A stretch of 63,526 nt of DNA, filler included, from Octopus bimaculoides (Eukaryota), in assembly GCF_001194135.2 (NCBI RefSeq). It is 6 parts of 6 records of this genome, joined end to end, with 100 filler letters (N's around TTAATTAATTAA, not from the genome) between each part and the next. Parts side by side here need not be neighbours in the genome. Positions count along the whole stretch, not along the records: positions 17,467 to 33,993 come from NC_068996.1; positions 34,094 to 39,951 come from NC_068983.1; 4 more parts are not named here. One strand, given 5' to 3'. Under the pieces are notes generated by a model, which did no database searches, had not been told where the DNA came from, and worked only from the letters and a program-made list of their open reading frames with translations. A program made the position numbers and the translations under genes. How positions within the stretch are numbered: the first letter of the stretch is position 1; each line of letters opens with the position of its first letter. Of this stretch, positions 25,660-37,616 are shown piece after piece.

Positions 25660-25718
25660 ATTTCTTTATTTTTTATTATAGTTTCAGCTTAGAGCTGCGG
25701 CCATGCTGATGCACCGCC
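25660..25718 (-). mobile_element. Isolated LINE/SINE 3' stem-loop tail (extreme 5' truncation)
   Basis: Minus strand: ggcggtgcatcagcatggccgcagctctaagctgaaac plus an A-rich tail; same motif as 8750-8788. Confidence 0.75.
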
Positions 25719-25943
25719 GTGGCATGTACATTTTTTAATACTTGTTTATACATCTGTTTGATATGCAAACCTACATACTCAAATAATTAATTTCTAAAAA
25801 AAAAAATTTAAAAAATTAATATAGGTTTTGCAATACAATCAATAATTGCATGAAGTACAAGCGATACACACACACACACACACACACACACAGACGCGCG
25901 CTCACACGTATTAAAATTAGTAATTGTATTTGTGTTGTGAGAA

Positions 25944-26282
25944 TGTTGTGTCGACCCCCCCCCCCNNNNNNNNNNNNNNNNNNNNNNNNNNNNNNNNNNN
26001 NNNNNNNNNNNNNNNNNNNNNNNNNNNNNNNNNNNNNNNNNNNNNNNNNNNNNNNNNNNNNNNNNNNNNNNNNNNNNNNNNNNNNNNNNNNNNNNNNNNN
26101 NNNNNNNNNNNNNNNNNNNNNNNNNNNNNNNNNNNNNNNGAAGAAGTAGGACCTCCCAAGACATACAAATAGAAGTAGTCTGGCCGTGGTAGGAGTGTTG
26201 AGTAGCAGTTGAGTAGCTGTTGTGTAGCGGTTGAGTAGAGATCATCCGAAGGTGCTAGATAGCAGTAGCTTGAGACATAACA
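25944..26282 (+). mobile_element. Solo LTR (BEL/Pao-like ends), spans gap 25966-26139
   Basis: Starts TGTTGTGTC, ends GACATAACA; 5-bp TSD GAGAA at 25939-25943 and 26283-26287; homologous to 43917-44081. Confidence 0.85.
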
Positions 26283-26687
26283 GAGAATTATAATAGATAC
26301 GCGTTTACCATTACATTTTCACATCGAATGGGGAGAGAATTGAAAATGGAGTTGCATAGCTCAGGCTTTCATTACATTCTAAACGAACAGGGTTATAATG
26401 AGAAAGAAATAATAAAATGAGAGAACATTCGTTTATTTTTACGATGCTACCACTATTTAAATCAGAGATGAGTTCTATCCCGTAGCATCTATTTATAGCT
26501 AGGGACAAAATGTATGTATGCATACATATAAGCAGGTATCTGTTTGTAAATATTCATGCATTTACGTAGTGTACACGTTCTGTCTTTCTTCTTCCTCTCC
26601 CTATTTCTTGGTGTATGTATGTACTTATGCATGCACTTGTGTGCAGTATCTTTGCTATAAATAGAAAATTCAGGTTATAGAATACAC

Positions 26688-26846
26688 CATTATTTACATT
26701 ATTTACATTTGACGGATATTTGTCCTCATCTTTGTTGTTAACACAACGTTTCGGCTTATACACCCTCCAGCTTTCATCAGGTATCTTGGGGAAATTTCGA
26801 ACCTGGGTTCTCATTCCTAAGTTTTTTTTTATGTTGCTGTTGTTGT
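26688..26846 (-). mobile_element. Hammerhead-bearing SINE (family H), copy 1; head lost in gap
   Basis: Reverse complement matches the body of 56836-57105; decayed hammerhead at 26740-26785 (gatac CTGATGA a agctg..aagcc GAAA cgtt gtgtt). Confidence 0.85.
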
Positions 26847-26856
26847 NNNNNNNNNN

Positions 26857-26869
26857 TTCCAGGCAGTGA

Positions 26870-26910
<41 letters not shown>

Positions 26911-27075
26911 TAAAAAATACCTTAGGAATCAGAACCCAGGTTCGAAATTTTCCCAAGACACCTGATGAAGGCTGGCGGGTATATCAGCCGAAACATTGTG
27001 TCAACAAGAAACAAGATGAGGACAAATATCCGCAAAATGTAAAAGAATTCCTCATCTCTTAAATAAAGAACTGTA
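26857..27075 (+). mobile_element. Hammerhead-bearing SINE (family H), copy 2
   Basis: End of tRNA head (ttccaggcagtgacctg), (AAT)n, body, hammerhead at 26957-27002 (gacac CTGATGA a ggctg-gcgggtatat-cagcc GAAA catt gtgtc), tail ctcatctcttaaataaagaactgta. Confidence 0.9.
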
Positions 27076-28736
27076 TAGAATACTAATAACTGATTCTTCT
27101 GTTTGTCAATCGGAACGATAATAACGTTTGTCCTTTGTCGCTCTGAATGGTACTAAAATAAGCGATATTGTTTTTATTGGATTGGTTTTAAGGATGAGAT
27201 TAGGCATAAAGTTTAGTGAGAGGCCTGATGTAGTATCAATATGGGTATTGAGAGGAATTGAATTGTATCAGACGGGAGTGCTTGAGTGAAGGTGGTATAA
27301 GGTGATCGTGCTCCAAAGAGCAGAAGTTTGTCTAGGAACCGAAGAAAAAGACAGCACATTTATGGCGTCAAATGATATGTGATCCAGGATACTTGTATGT
27401 ATAACAACAGTACCGTGTCACAAATGGGAACAGAACTCCATTGAATGTCTCAAGAAGATTCTAAGATTACAACTGAAAAGCTGCAGTCTACATTCGTGTT
27501 GTAACAGATACATTTTAAAAGATACGAATTTAAACACAACTACATCGTAATTGTTTGCATAAGAGTTATTGGAAACTTTTGTTTCATATATTTATATGAA
27601 TGTGGAGTTCATTCCTCTCCAGATTAATGACTATATTTGGAATATTCAGGCAAAAGGATTAAGTGCACTAAAAATCGAAGTATACCTCAAGTTTGGCTTT
27701 CCAACCATTACCTTCAATTCACATATTCAATGTATGACGCAAAGTCACTTTACTTTTTTTAATTGCAACTAATCTTTCGGTTAATTGTCAACGGGACATG
27801 GGTTTGCTAAAGGATGTCTAACCGGGCCTACTTAACAAAAGCAACTTCACCTAGAAAATCCGAAGCCTATTTCGAAAACGTTTAAAACATTAGATTTGTC
27901 TGGCTGAATTTGTCCTTAAGGTTAATTGTTGCACTGACAGGAGACAAAAACAAACTCATTCTAGTGTTAATTTACATATTCTTTTTCTTTCTCCCTCCTT
28001 TTCCACTGCAGTAAGCGACAACAGCAGCAACAAAAACACTCCAAACATATTCTTATTAATACTGAAAATATTTTCATAGCAACTTCTGATACTTCTCTCG
28101 AATATTGGTTTGTCAAACGAAGGTCAGAAATATTAAGGTCAAAATCATTGACCTTGTTTATTACATTTTCTGCTATTTATCAGCATCAAGGTAAATGAAA
28201 TTAAATCATCTTCAAAACAAGAAATCTAATTTACACCAAAGTCCAATGCCTTGCTGTTTAGATTAAACTTCGATGGAAAACCACGTGTCTGCACACACTC
28301 ACACACAGATACGTACACACAAACGCACGAATGTATACATGTATGTGCGTATATGTGTATGTGTAAATACACATATTTATATAATTATGTTGCGAGGGAG
28401 TTATTCACTGGCCAAATTAACAACCAACACCTACAGCACTTGAAATGAACCAAAAAGACAATTGTCTTCACCCCTGTCTCCGTCACAATAACAATTCAAC
28501 CCAACCCCATCCTCCTTTACCACCTCCTCCTCATCCTTCTACCTCTACGCATACGACTACTGCTTCTTTTCTAACTCCTCCTCCCTCCTACGGTGATGAG
28601 AAATGTTCAGTGAACCACAACTGAAGTAATTTTCCTAAAATAATTTCCGGGATTTACAATTAGATTTTCTTATGATTACATTTTCATTTACTGGATCACC
28701 CTCATCAACCCCCGCCTCAAAAAGATCACTCCCAAT

Positions 28737-28737
<1 letters not shown>

Positions 28738-28768
<31 letters not shown>

Positions 28769-28867
28769 CAGCAGCATTGCCACTATCACCATTATTGTCT
28801 CCGTCATTATAGTGACCATCATCATTCACGACATAACCAAGTGCCTATCACGCTTACGTTGTTGTTG

Positions 28868-28901
<34 letters not shown>

Positions 28902-28930
28902 CGACGACGATGATGATGATGACGATGATA
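28738..28930. repeat. Compound trinucleotide repeats (GCA)n, (GAT)n, (GAC)n
   Basis: Seen directly; no flanking codon-like context. Confidence 0.85.
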
Positions 28931-29850
28931 TGAAGGACGACATCTCATAAACAATATCATCAACTCTATAATTATTCTAATTTTAGTAATCTTGCTGGTG
29001 ACTGTAATTGCCATAAATCCAACCCATCCCCTGAAAGCTGAACCCATACATAGCTAGAAATATTTACCTATCACTGTTTCTACTTTAGCACCGCATTTTA
29101 TTTTATACTGTTATGCTACGAGCATTATCTAACACTAGATTGCATCACAACGTACAACATACATATATACACATGCACATTTACATTTATATTCACAAAA
29201 TAAATATACATCCATTCATACGAGGACCTCTTTTTCTCACTTCTCCCTATCTCAGTCGCTCTCTCCCTCTCTTTCAACTTTCATTGCTTCTACTTTAGCC
29301 TCTTCTCAACACAATTTATTTGTACCAATATCATCTTTTTGATGATTGGGTTAAATCGTTAACTAATTTTCTATTAATGGTGTCATTAAATTAAGCTTTC
29401 GCTTCTTGAGTAATCTTCCTTGTCCGAAATAAATGTCTTTCTTACTCTCTTTCTCATTGATACATTTTCCTTTTCTCTGTCTATCCCCCTGACTCAATGT
29501 CTTTATCTCTTTTGCATACATCCATCCCTCCCCCCCTCTCTCTCTCTCTCTCTCTCTCTTGTTTTATCTATCATATATTGACTTGTCTTGCTCCCGGTAT
29601 CTTTCTATCTGTCAGTTTCTCTTTTAATTCTTTCTGTAGCTTTCTCTTTGTCTATTTTAGCTTTTGTGATGCTGATTTCTTTAGATTTAAACATACTCTT
29701 TCACTCTCTTACTCTATTTCACTCTTCAAAAGTATCTCCCTATCTCCGATTCTTTATATCTCACTCTCTTAGCTATGTCTATCAATCCTACCTTTCATTT
29801 TCCTTGTTTCTCCTTTACATTTTGTCGCCTTTTTTCCTTTGTCTCTACTT

Positions 29851-29896
<46 letters not shown>

Positions 29897-29906
29897 NNNN
29901 NNNNNN

Positions 29907-29950
<44 letters not shown>

Positions 29951-30279
29951 TTCTCTTTCTCCTCCCCTCTCTCGGTCTCTTTCTCTCCCTCTGTCATGCA
30001 CACACTCTTTATCACACTCTCTTGTGTCACTTTATCTCTTCGCTTTTTCCTTCCTAGTGACTCTTTGATCATTCTGTAAGCGTAACTTCCAGTGTTTCAA
30101 GTATGGATCTTTCTTGCGTTCACACACATGTTCAATGAACGTATACGTGCGCACGCACGCACACACACATAGAAACATATTTATACACTTATATGTAAAT
30201 GTATAAATGTCTAAATATAAATGTTTTATGTTACGTGTATGTAAGTTAGCACCTATGTGTATATGAAGATGAGGTTGCG

Positions 30280-30343
<64 letters not shown>

Positions 30344-30708
30344 NNNNNNNNNNNNNNNNNNNNNNNNNNNNNNNNNNNNNNNNNNNNNNNNNNNNNNNNN
30401 NNNNNNNNNNNNNNNNNNNNNNNNNNNNNNNNNNNNNNNNNNNNNNNNNNNNNNNNNNNNNNNNNNNNNNNNNNNNNNNNNNNNNNNNNNNNNNNNNNNN
30501 NNNNNNNNNNNNNNNNNNNNNNNNNNNNNNNNNNNNNNNNNNGAGAGAGAGAGAGAGAGAGAGGTTATGAGTGGTAGTGGTGTCAATGAGACCCATAGGT
30601 GTCAGGTAATGTTGAGTAAGTGCTATGGATAGACCATAGTTAGGCTCCAGGTTCGGTGATTATGCGAATAAGGGGTCCAACGTAGGTCATATATCAGCGT
30701 GTGAATAC

Positions 30709-30860
30709 AAGGACTTACTTTTTGTAATGAGATAAAAAACCAAGGCTGTGTAGATTTTAGAACATTTATAAATATGTCTTACAGCTGTTTCCAGGATATT
30801 TATTATATCCCTTCATCGGAGAGGGTGTAAGAAGATAATTATGCAATAGTTAATTTAGAT
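30709..30860 (-). mobile_element. About 150-bp dispersed repeat, probable Penelope pLTR fragment with hammerhead-like motif (copy 1)
   Basis: Near-identical to 54793-54944. Minus strand 30776-30823: ctct CCGATGA ag ggatat-aataa-atatcc tg GAAA cagctg TA | agac. Confidence 0.75.
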
Positions 30861-30981
30861 AAGTTAGGAAATAGAGAGTGAATTGGAGGAACGAAAATAG
30901 ATGAGATATGCAGGGATATTGCATTTGTAAATCCTTTATGTAGGCAGAATGGTATACATATAAGATTCCAGTACCTTATGA

Positions 30982-31029
30982 GTAAAATCCAATAGTCTTT
31001 AAAATATTTTAAAGACTATTGGATTTTAC
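30982..31029. repeat. Perfect 48-bp spacerless palindrome
   Basis: gtaaaatccaatagtctttaaaat|attttaaagactattggattttac. Confidence 0.95.
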
Positions 31030-31669
31030 GAGTTGACTTAGACCTTATATATACATTCTCTAAACCGAACAATAATAATATCTAAACACTTTTCTAAAGT
31101 TCAAAACATTGCAATTAATGTTTTTATCTTCATTCCAGCAATGAAATTCACTTCGTTATAAGAAACCAATTCCTTCCAATAAGAAAAATCCTTGCAATTA
31201 ATGAGAAATTAAGGGAGATGGGGAAAGATATATAAAGCATGTAACGGCGAAAAAGAGGGAGAAAAGTAACTACTCAAAATTTGAAGTTGAGTTATATAGC
31301 TTTCTATCAGATCAGACTGTCTCGGCGTGCGTTGGTAGACCTCTGTCCAATTCTTAATCAAATGCACCCACCCCAACGAATTCTGTTTTAACCTTTATCT
31401 CTTCTTTCTAAACATCAATGACTTCCTTCCAACTGAATACAACAAATACCACCCTTATACAAATGATATAACACTTTATTAATCTCTAACCATCTATAAA
31501 ACTTGCATTGATTCCTTAAATGGACGCCTTGAAAGCAACCTTCAATTGTATATGCCAAACTTATTGCTTTTAACAGCAGAAAAAAATCTTTTAACATTAC
31601 TCATACAGAAAAATTCCACCATGTATGTCTTTTAAAGGTAAGTGGAACAGTGAGAGACCTCAATAAGGC

Positions 31670-32040
31670 CAACAATGGAGTAATATTCCCATACGTCGAA
31701 CACTGCTGCTACTACATACACAGGTATCCTGCATCGCATCCAGAGATACATTCAGTCACTAAGTGTTTCACTCTCGTCCCTGGCTCCACAGTTTTCTCAT
31801 TCTGTCTTTTCTATCACTATTATAAAATCTTCGCTCCTCCACCCCTAAGTCACTTCGTGACTCACTCGTATCTATACCTCTGGTTTTTCATGTTCCTTCC
31901 ACTCCCACCCTCGGTACCACACTAGCCACTACCTCAGTCCTTCCTTCTCAGAGCATCCAACCTCTGGAATCTTTTCCCTAGCCATGTCTTTCATGCAAGT
32001 ATTCACCTGCAACAGTTTAACTGAAACATTAGCTGTTTAA
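31670..32040 (+). mobile_element. Decayed CR1/L2/Jockey-group LINE ORF2 C-terminus
   Basis: PYVEHCC..., ILHRIQR..., SFCLFYHYY..., TSHYLSPSFSRASNLWNLFPSHVF...LQQFN*NI resemble the conserved R....WN.LP..VF...LQ.FK end. Confidence 0.6.
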
Positions 32041-33658
32041 ACTGATTAATGTTGGAGAATCTTGAAAGGTCATGGACATTGTCCGTTGCTCCGGACTTAG
32101 CAAGTAAAAATAGAAAACAATATCTACAAGTAGATGAGCAGATAGTCAACAAAAGTGTGAGAAGTTTGACTGAAAGATACTGGGAAAATATCTGTAGTAA
32201 GAAAAAGAAATTTAACTAGAATTCGTTGTAGTTACATGAACTTTAAAGGAAGTATTCTCCCAACAATGCACAAAACGATATGCAATATGAAGTGATAACC
32301 TCCAGACTATGAGAGAAAAATCTTCCGAAAAGGAAAACTTTAGGAACAGAATTTGATGTTGATTAACTAGCACAAAAAGAGAAAGAAATTGAAAAGAACT
32401 GATCTTCTTTCAGATGTAGTTGGCACAGGCAAAACTTAATCTAATTCTAAAAATATCAGAGCCACTCATATTACAGAAATTTGCCGGCGAATGTTTTGTC
32501 AGAATTTCATGTATAAAATGTAAACAGTATATCTGGAGTTATTCTTCCTGAATTACTGACTGTAACTGAGAACAAATTCTTATGTGCTGAGCAACTGTGA
32601 TGTCGGAGGAGCGAGTGCAAAATAAGGATTACGTTTTTAACCTGAATGATGCCCCTTGATGCTAGAGGCTCTTCGGCATGCTAGAAGTACAGAGACTTTA
32701 ATCAAGCCTTAAAATTACATTGGCTTCGAGTGGATCGCCAAAATGAAGTTAAATACAAGACATAACTATGCGGTAACTGATAAGATAATGTTGCATAAAT
32801 TATATAGTATACAAGACAGTCTCTCAGTAATGATGTTTATATTAGCATTGAACACTTTTTTTACTATTTGAGGAAGAAATCTGAAGATTCTACGATTGAC
32901 TCACAGGAAAACAGCAATAATAACTTAACTCATACCTGTTTTATAAACAACCCAAAAGCAGAAGTTAAAAATATGAATGGTATGACGAAAACAGTTAACC
33001 TGGTTAGACTCTTAAAAGGACAAAATTTGGATAGGATAAATATATCTACCTAACTGTATCACGAAGGAAAACCATGAGCTAGCTGGGAAACATATTTATG
33101 AATGGTCTGTGTTTTGATATCTGACGAGGAATGCTACAGGTAACTAGGGAAGCTTGAGATATATCATATGATAAAACTTGTAACATGAAACTCAGGACTA
33201 GTGAATATAACTTCAAAGTTTTCTTCATACAATGAATGAGTTGTTTACGACGTGTTTCCTGTATCAGTATTCATCCCAATATGAAAGCTATTAGAATTGA
33301 CAGACATTTCCATATCAGTAATATTTCATAATTTCATACAAATTAAAACAATGACGCAAAGAAATAACTACGATTCATGATTCTAACTTTGAATATTGTA
33401 TCCTATGACTTCAACGACATCCACAAGGTAGATGGATCTAATGTAGATACATGAGGTAAATAATACACAATAAGAAAGTTAGCCGGTCTTACTGCATCAA
33501 ATCATCAGATGAAAGGCTTTCTACCATAATAAAGTCATAACTTTGATGTCAGAAAGTTTCAAAGCGACAGTAACCTAGATGACCAAAGTAGCGATTTTAC
33601 ATTACTCTAAACTGCATTTTAACCCTGTAGCAGCATCACCAGTAAGAGCACCACTAAA

Positions 33659-33993
33659 TATTATTATTATTATTATTACTATTATTATTATTATTTTATG
33701 TTTGACTTTTGTTTTGCATTTGTACAAGTTGGATCCAAGTCTCACCCAGAGACCTCAAGAGACAACAAGTTAGAAGTTCATGTAGGTGTTATGCCTAGGG
33801 TACCATATATTTGGATTTGTACAGTTTTGTTCAAGTGAATGTTTAAGAAACCATAAGAAAATTATGTTTGCTTTAAAATTTGAGATCACATAGACAGTAT
33901 TTTACGTAGGATATGGGCAGTTCCCATGAGCACTATCTTTTGGACTTCAGCCATTTTGGGGTTTCCTGGTATCTGAGCTAGGTAGTAATCAGC
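33659..33993 (-). mobile_element. 3' end of R4/Dong-type RLE non-LTR retrotransposon ending in (TAA)n
   Basis: Minus strand 33993-33886 is an uninterrupted ADYYLAQIPGNPKMAEVQKIVLMGTAHILRKILSM*, followed by about 190 bp of 3' UTR and (TAA)n; cut by a gap on its 5' side. Confidence 0.85.
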
Positions 33994-34149
33994 NNNNNNN
34001 NNNNNNNNNNNNNNNNNNNNNNNNNNNNNNNNNNNNNTTAATTAATTAANNNNNNNNNNNNNNNNNNNNNNNNNNNNNNNNNNNNNNNNNNNNATATATA
34101 TATATATATAAGCATTAAATAAAAGCTCAGAGACAGTACTTAGATGGAA

Positions 34150-35396
34150 AACTTTTTAGGAAAATCAAAAACCAAAAACAATATTCAAATTATGGGTGAT
34201 TTTAGTGCACACCATCTTTTTGGGAATCTCAACATCAGATAAAATCAAAACGTAAAAGGAGACTATCGTCTGAAGACTATGAATAAATATAACTTTATTT
34301 TACACGCAGTCCTAGATTCCCCAGCCAATAGACAGTTTAATCGTCGTACCTCAACAATAGATCATTTGTCGTCTTCTTTATCAGCTGCTTGTTTAATAGA
34401 TAACTTGAAATTAGACTATAAAGTGGATCTAGCCTCGGTTCAGGTCACTTGTACTTTAACCTAGCCAGTCGAGTATATCCAAGAAAATATATCTATTTCA
34501 GAGGATTTACTGCACAGAATATTTAGCAGTATATCCAATCAGTTGGAGATCTAAAAATAAATCTACAAATATTTATAGACAAAATTTAAAATGCAATTAC
34601 TGTGAGAGCTTCTATTAACTATTTCAGTCTGGATAAAAACAACAACAGACTAGTGATAAAGATAATAATAAAGTATTGTAAAACTAAGAATTAAAACATC
34701 TAAAAGACAAGATGATCCTATCATTACAAGAATGGAAATCCCATCCAATGGATTCTAATGAAAAATATAAAGAAATATGTACAAAAAAAACAATGATTTA
34801 AAAAGCAAATAAAATAAGTCACAAAGGATTTCTGGTGAAGTGAAAATAATCTGGAGTACGTCTGTGATACATGTAATGTATATAATTCAATGATGGAACC
34901 AATTCTTTCGAAAGCAAATAAAAAAACTATTAATATATTAATCAGAATAATGAAGTTATCGCAGCCACTTCTGAATTCTCATAGTTATTCGCAGAAACGT
35001 TTATTTTTTTAATTTTGCAGAAACGTTTATTTTTTTAATTTTTCGTTAAAAAAAAAAAACATTAGCAAAAAAGAGAACGTTATTCCTCTCAGTCCAAGTA
35101 TAGATTTTCCTGCTTTTGTTAAACATGAGTTATTATCTGCTAAAGATGATTAAAAAAAGAAGAAACAGCAACCAGTTTAGATGAAATATCTATTTTAATC
35201 ATGGAGTATAATACAAGAAATAGAGCTAAAAATTTCAACAGGAGTTGCTGTATGGTAAATAGCTTGCTTACCAACCACATGGTTTCGGGTTCAGTCCCAC
35301 TGCGTGGCACCTTGGGCAAGTATCTTCTACTACAGCCCCGGGCCGACCAAAGCCTTGTGAGTGAATTTGGTAGACGGAAACTGAAAGAATTTCGTC

Positions 35397-35428
<32 letters not shown>

Positions 35429-36000
35429 NNNNNNNNNNNNNTGGCAGTTCGGCAAAAGGGAAAGATAGAATAAGTACTAGGCTTACAAAGAATAAGTCCT
35501 GGGGTCGATTTATTCAACTAAAGGCGGTGCTCCAGCATGGCTGCAGTCAAATGACTAAAAGGAATAAAGGAATAAAAAGAATAAAAGAATTAGATTTATG
35601 AACATTTTCTTAGACCTTTACAATATCAAAACCAAATAAAGATAATTGCCATTCAAATCGATCATAACGATCTCTAGCTCTAAGTAATAAATCTAAAATT
35701 TTGTAGAAAATAATAGGCAATAGACTATCTTACTTGGGATGAAAAATTAGTTTTATACTTAAATACTTAATACAAAAATGGGCTTTAGATTGCATCAGGA
35801 TTTTGGAATATTTGATGCAGAATGGTTAGGATTGATAAACATCTTCAGATTAGGAATACCAAAGAAAAATGTATTTATACGCCGATAGTCTACCGAACCT
35901 TGAACTGTTTCAATATAAAAGGGATACCGGATTTAAAAAGTTAAGGAGATTCTTCAAAAACTGGATAAATAAACAAATAACAATTATTTGAGTACCTGGT
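34150..36000 (+). mobile_element. Heavily decayed I/Jockey-group LINE ORF2 (APE plus start of RT), interrupted by a SINE
   Basis: IMGDFSAHHLFWES (GDFNAHH motif) near 34190; STIDHL near 34350; ETATSLDEIS near 35160; RSLALSNKSKIL*KIIGNRLSY and GFR near 35670-35780. Confidence 0.6.
35239..35589 (+). mobile_element. SINE family A (tRNA head, CORE-like block, central (TA)n, LINE-type tail)
   Basis: ggagttgctgtatggtaaatagcttgcttaccaaccac...ggcaccttgggcaag...ggcggtgctccagcatggctgcagtcaaatgact plus (GAATAAAA)n tail. Confidence 0.92.
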
Positions 36001-36174
36001 CTCAGATTTTAAGGGGAAGAGGAAAGAAGATGAATTAGCAAAAGAGGGACAGATAAAGGGTAGATAAGGACTACATTTCAAATGGAAAAAATATTGGGGA
36101 AAATCAAAGGAGAAACTACTAATCTTTAATCTTCTATTGCCTCAGCCAAATCTAAGACAGTGAGTTGTCATAAC

Positions 36175-36350
36175 TGTTAGCACGCCGGCGGAAAATGCTT
36201 AGCTGCATTTCTTACGTCTTTACGTTCTGAGTTCAAATTCGACTTTACCTTTCATCCTGTCGGAGTCGATAAAATAAGTGCCAGTTAGGTATTTGACCAA
36301 CTTACTCCTCCCCCTCAAAAACTGCTGGCGCTGTGCCAAAATTTGAAACC
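36175..36350 (+). mobile_element. SINE family C, partial
   Basis: gttagcacgccggcggaaaatgcttagc...ttacgttctgagttcaaattc...cctttcatcctgtcggagtcgataaaataagtgccag. Confidence 0.8.
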
Positions 36351-36545
36351 ATTATTTCAGTCAAGTCACTGCCCGAAATATTTGGGAAGGAGGAGGCCAG
36401 TCGATTAGATCCATCCCAGTACATAACTGGTACTTAATTTATCGACCTCGAAAGGCAAAGTCGACCTCGGCGGAATTTGAACTTAGAACGTAAAGACAGA
36501 CGAAATACTGCTAAGCATTTCGGCCAGCGGCTAACGTTTCTTAAT
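36351..36545 (-). mobile_element. SINE family C, partial; tail-to-tail with the previous copy
   Basis: Reverse complement of family C: ctggtacttaatttatcgacc...gtcgacctcggcggaatttgaac...ctaagcatttcggcc. Confidence 0.85.
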
Positions 36546-37052
36546 TTTTTATTATCCATAAGGACATACATAGAAGGGACCTGCACAATGAAATCGAATG
36601 ATTTTACATGAAATGCGATTGGGTCCTTTTAAAAATTCTAAATACATTATATATAATACGGATGGTGATAGGACACAATAAGACATGACAGATGGAGTGG
36701 AGGCGGTTTTATAACGGACCCCACGAAACCTGGGTTTTTAAACCATATCGCATTCACGCGGAGCCTTTCATGCCCAACATTCGTGCGACATTCTTCCATC
36801 TTTTTTCAAACATGTCTTCAGTCAAACATCTCCTCTCCAGCCCTATTTGCCTTTTAGGTGGAAGATGAAAAAATTAACCAGATTAGGGTCAGAGATGAAG
36901 GTGCCTGACCTTATTCCTTTCATTCTTGTCCTCCATATAATCTAACAAAGGTTCAAAACTTAACAACAAATGGCAATAATAACAATAAATAAAAATAACA
37001 ATTACTAACCAAATTCTCGCAAAGACAAATTAACCACAGCATGCTAACGTTT

Positions 37053-37284
37053 CTTATTTCTTTATTGCCCACAAGGGGCTAAACATAGAGGGGACAAACA
37101 AGGACAGACAAAGGGATTAAGTCGATTACATCGACCCCAGTGCGTAACTGGTACTTAATTTATCGACCCCAAAAGAATGAAAGGCAAAGTCGACCTTGGC
37201 GGAATTTGAACTCAGAACGTAACGGCAGACGAACTACCGCTAAGTATTTCACCCGGCGTGCTAATGTTTCTGCCAGCTCACCGC
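37053..37284 (-). mobile_element. SINE family C, full length (Meta/MESC-like central domain)
   Basis: Minus strand: gcggtgagctggcagaaacattagcacgccggg...gttctgagttcaaattccgccaaggtcgactttgcctttcattcttttggggtcgataaattaagtacc...aataaagaaataag. Confidence 0.92.
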
Positions 37285-37519
37285 TTTGTATAAAATGTTT
37301 ATTAAACACTGTCCAAGGTATAAACACAGGCTTTGTCTGGAACAGTCCATATTCCTTTGAGTTATATTTTATCATGAATAAGTCGTGTGGAATTACCTTT
37401 CTGTTCTAGAAAACACTAAGAAAAACATCTGGCATTCCTTGCTTCAATACTAAAGTTACCAGTTTGATTGAGAACCATTTTAAAAACGGTCATCAAAAAG
37501 GCTGGGGGTACAATTCTTT

Positions 37520-37616
37520 TTCGAGGATTTACCAAACCATAAATAAGATCTTCCAATTCATGGAGACATCGAGGATTTACCAAACCATAAATAAGATCTT
37601 CCAATTCATGGAGACA
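37520..37616. repeat. Perfect 48-bp tandem duplication
   Basis: tcgaggatttaccaaaccataaataagatcttccaattcatggagaca, twice. Confidence 0.9.

Noticed and set aside
28635-29047. PolyA/polyH/polyD ORFs suggesting a transcription-factor exon
   Set aside because: Pure trinucleotide microsatellites with no domain or splice support.
32900-33500. Possible very old RTE C-terminal remnant (CLRRV..., KLLELT); similar weak traces at 13900-14700, 27100-27480 and 53000-53640
   Set aside because: Only scattered 4-6 residue matches across several frames; needs a profile search.
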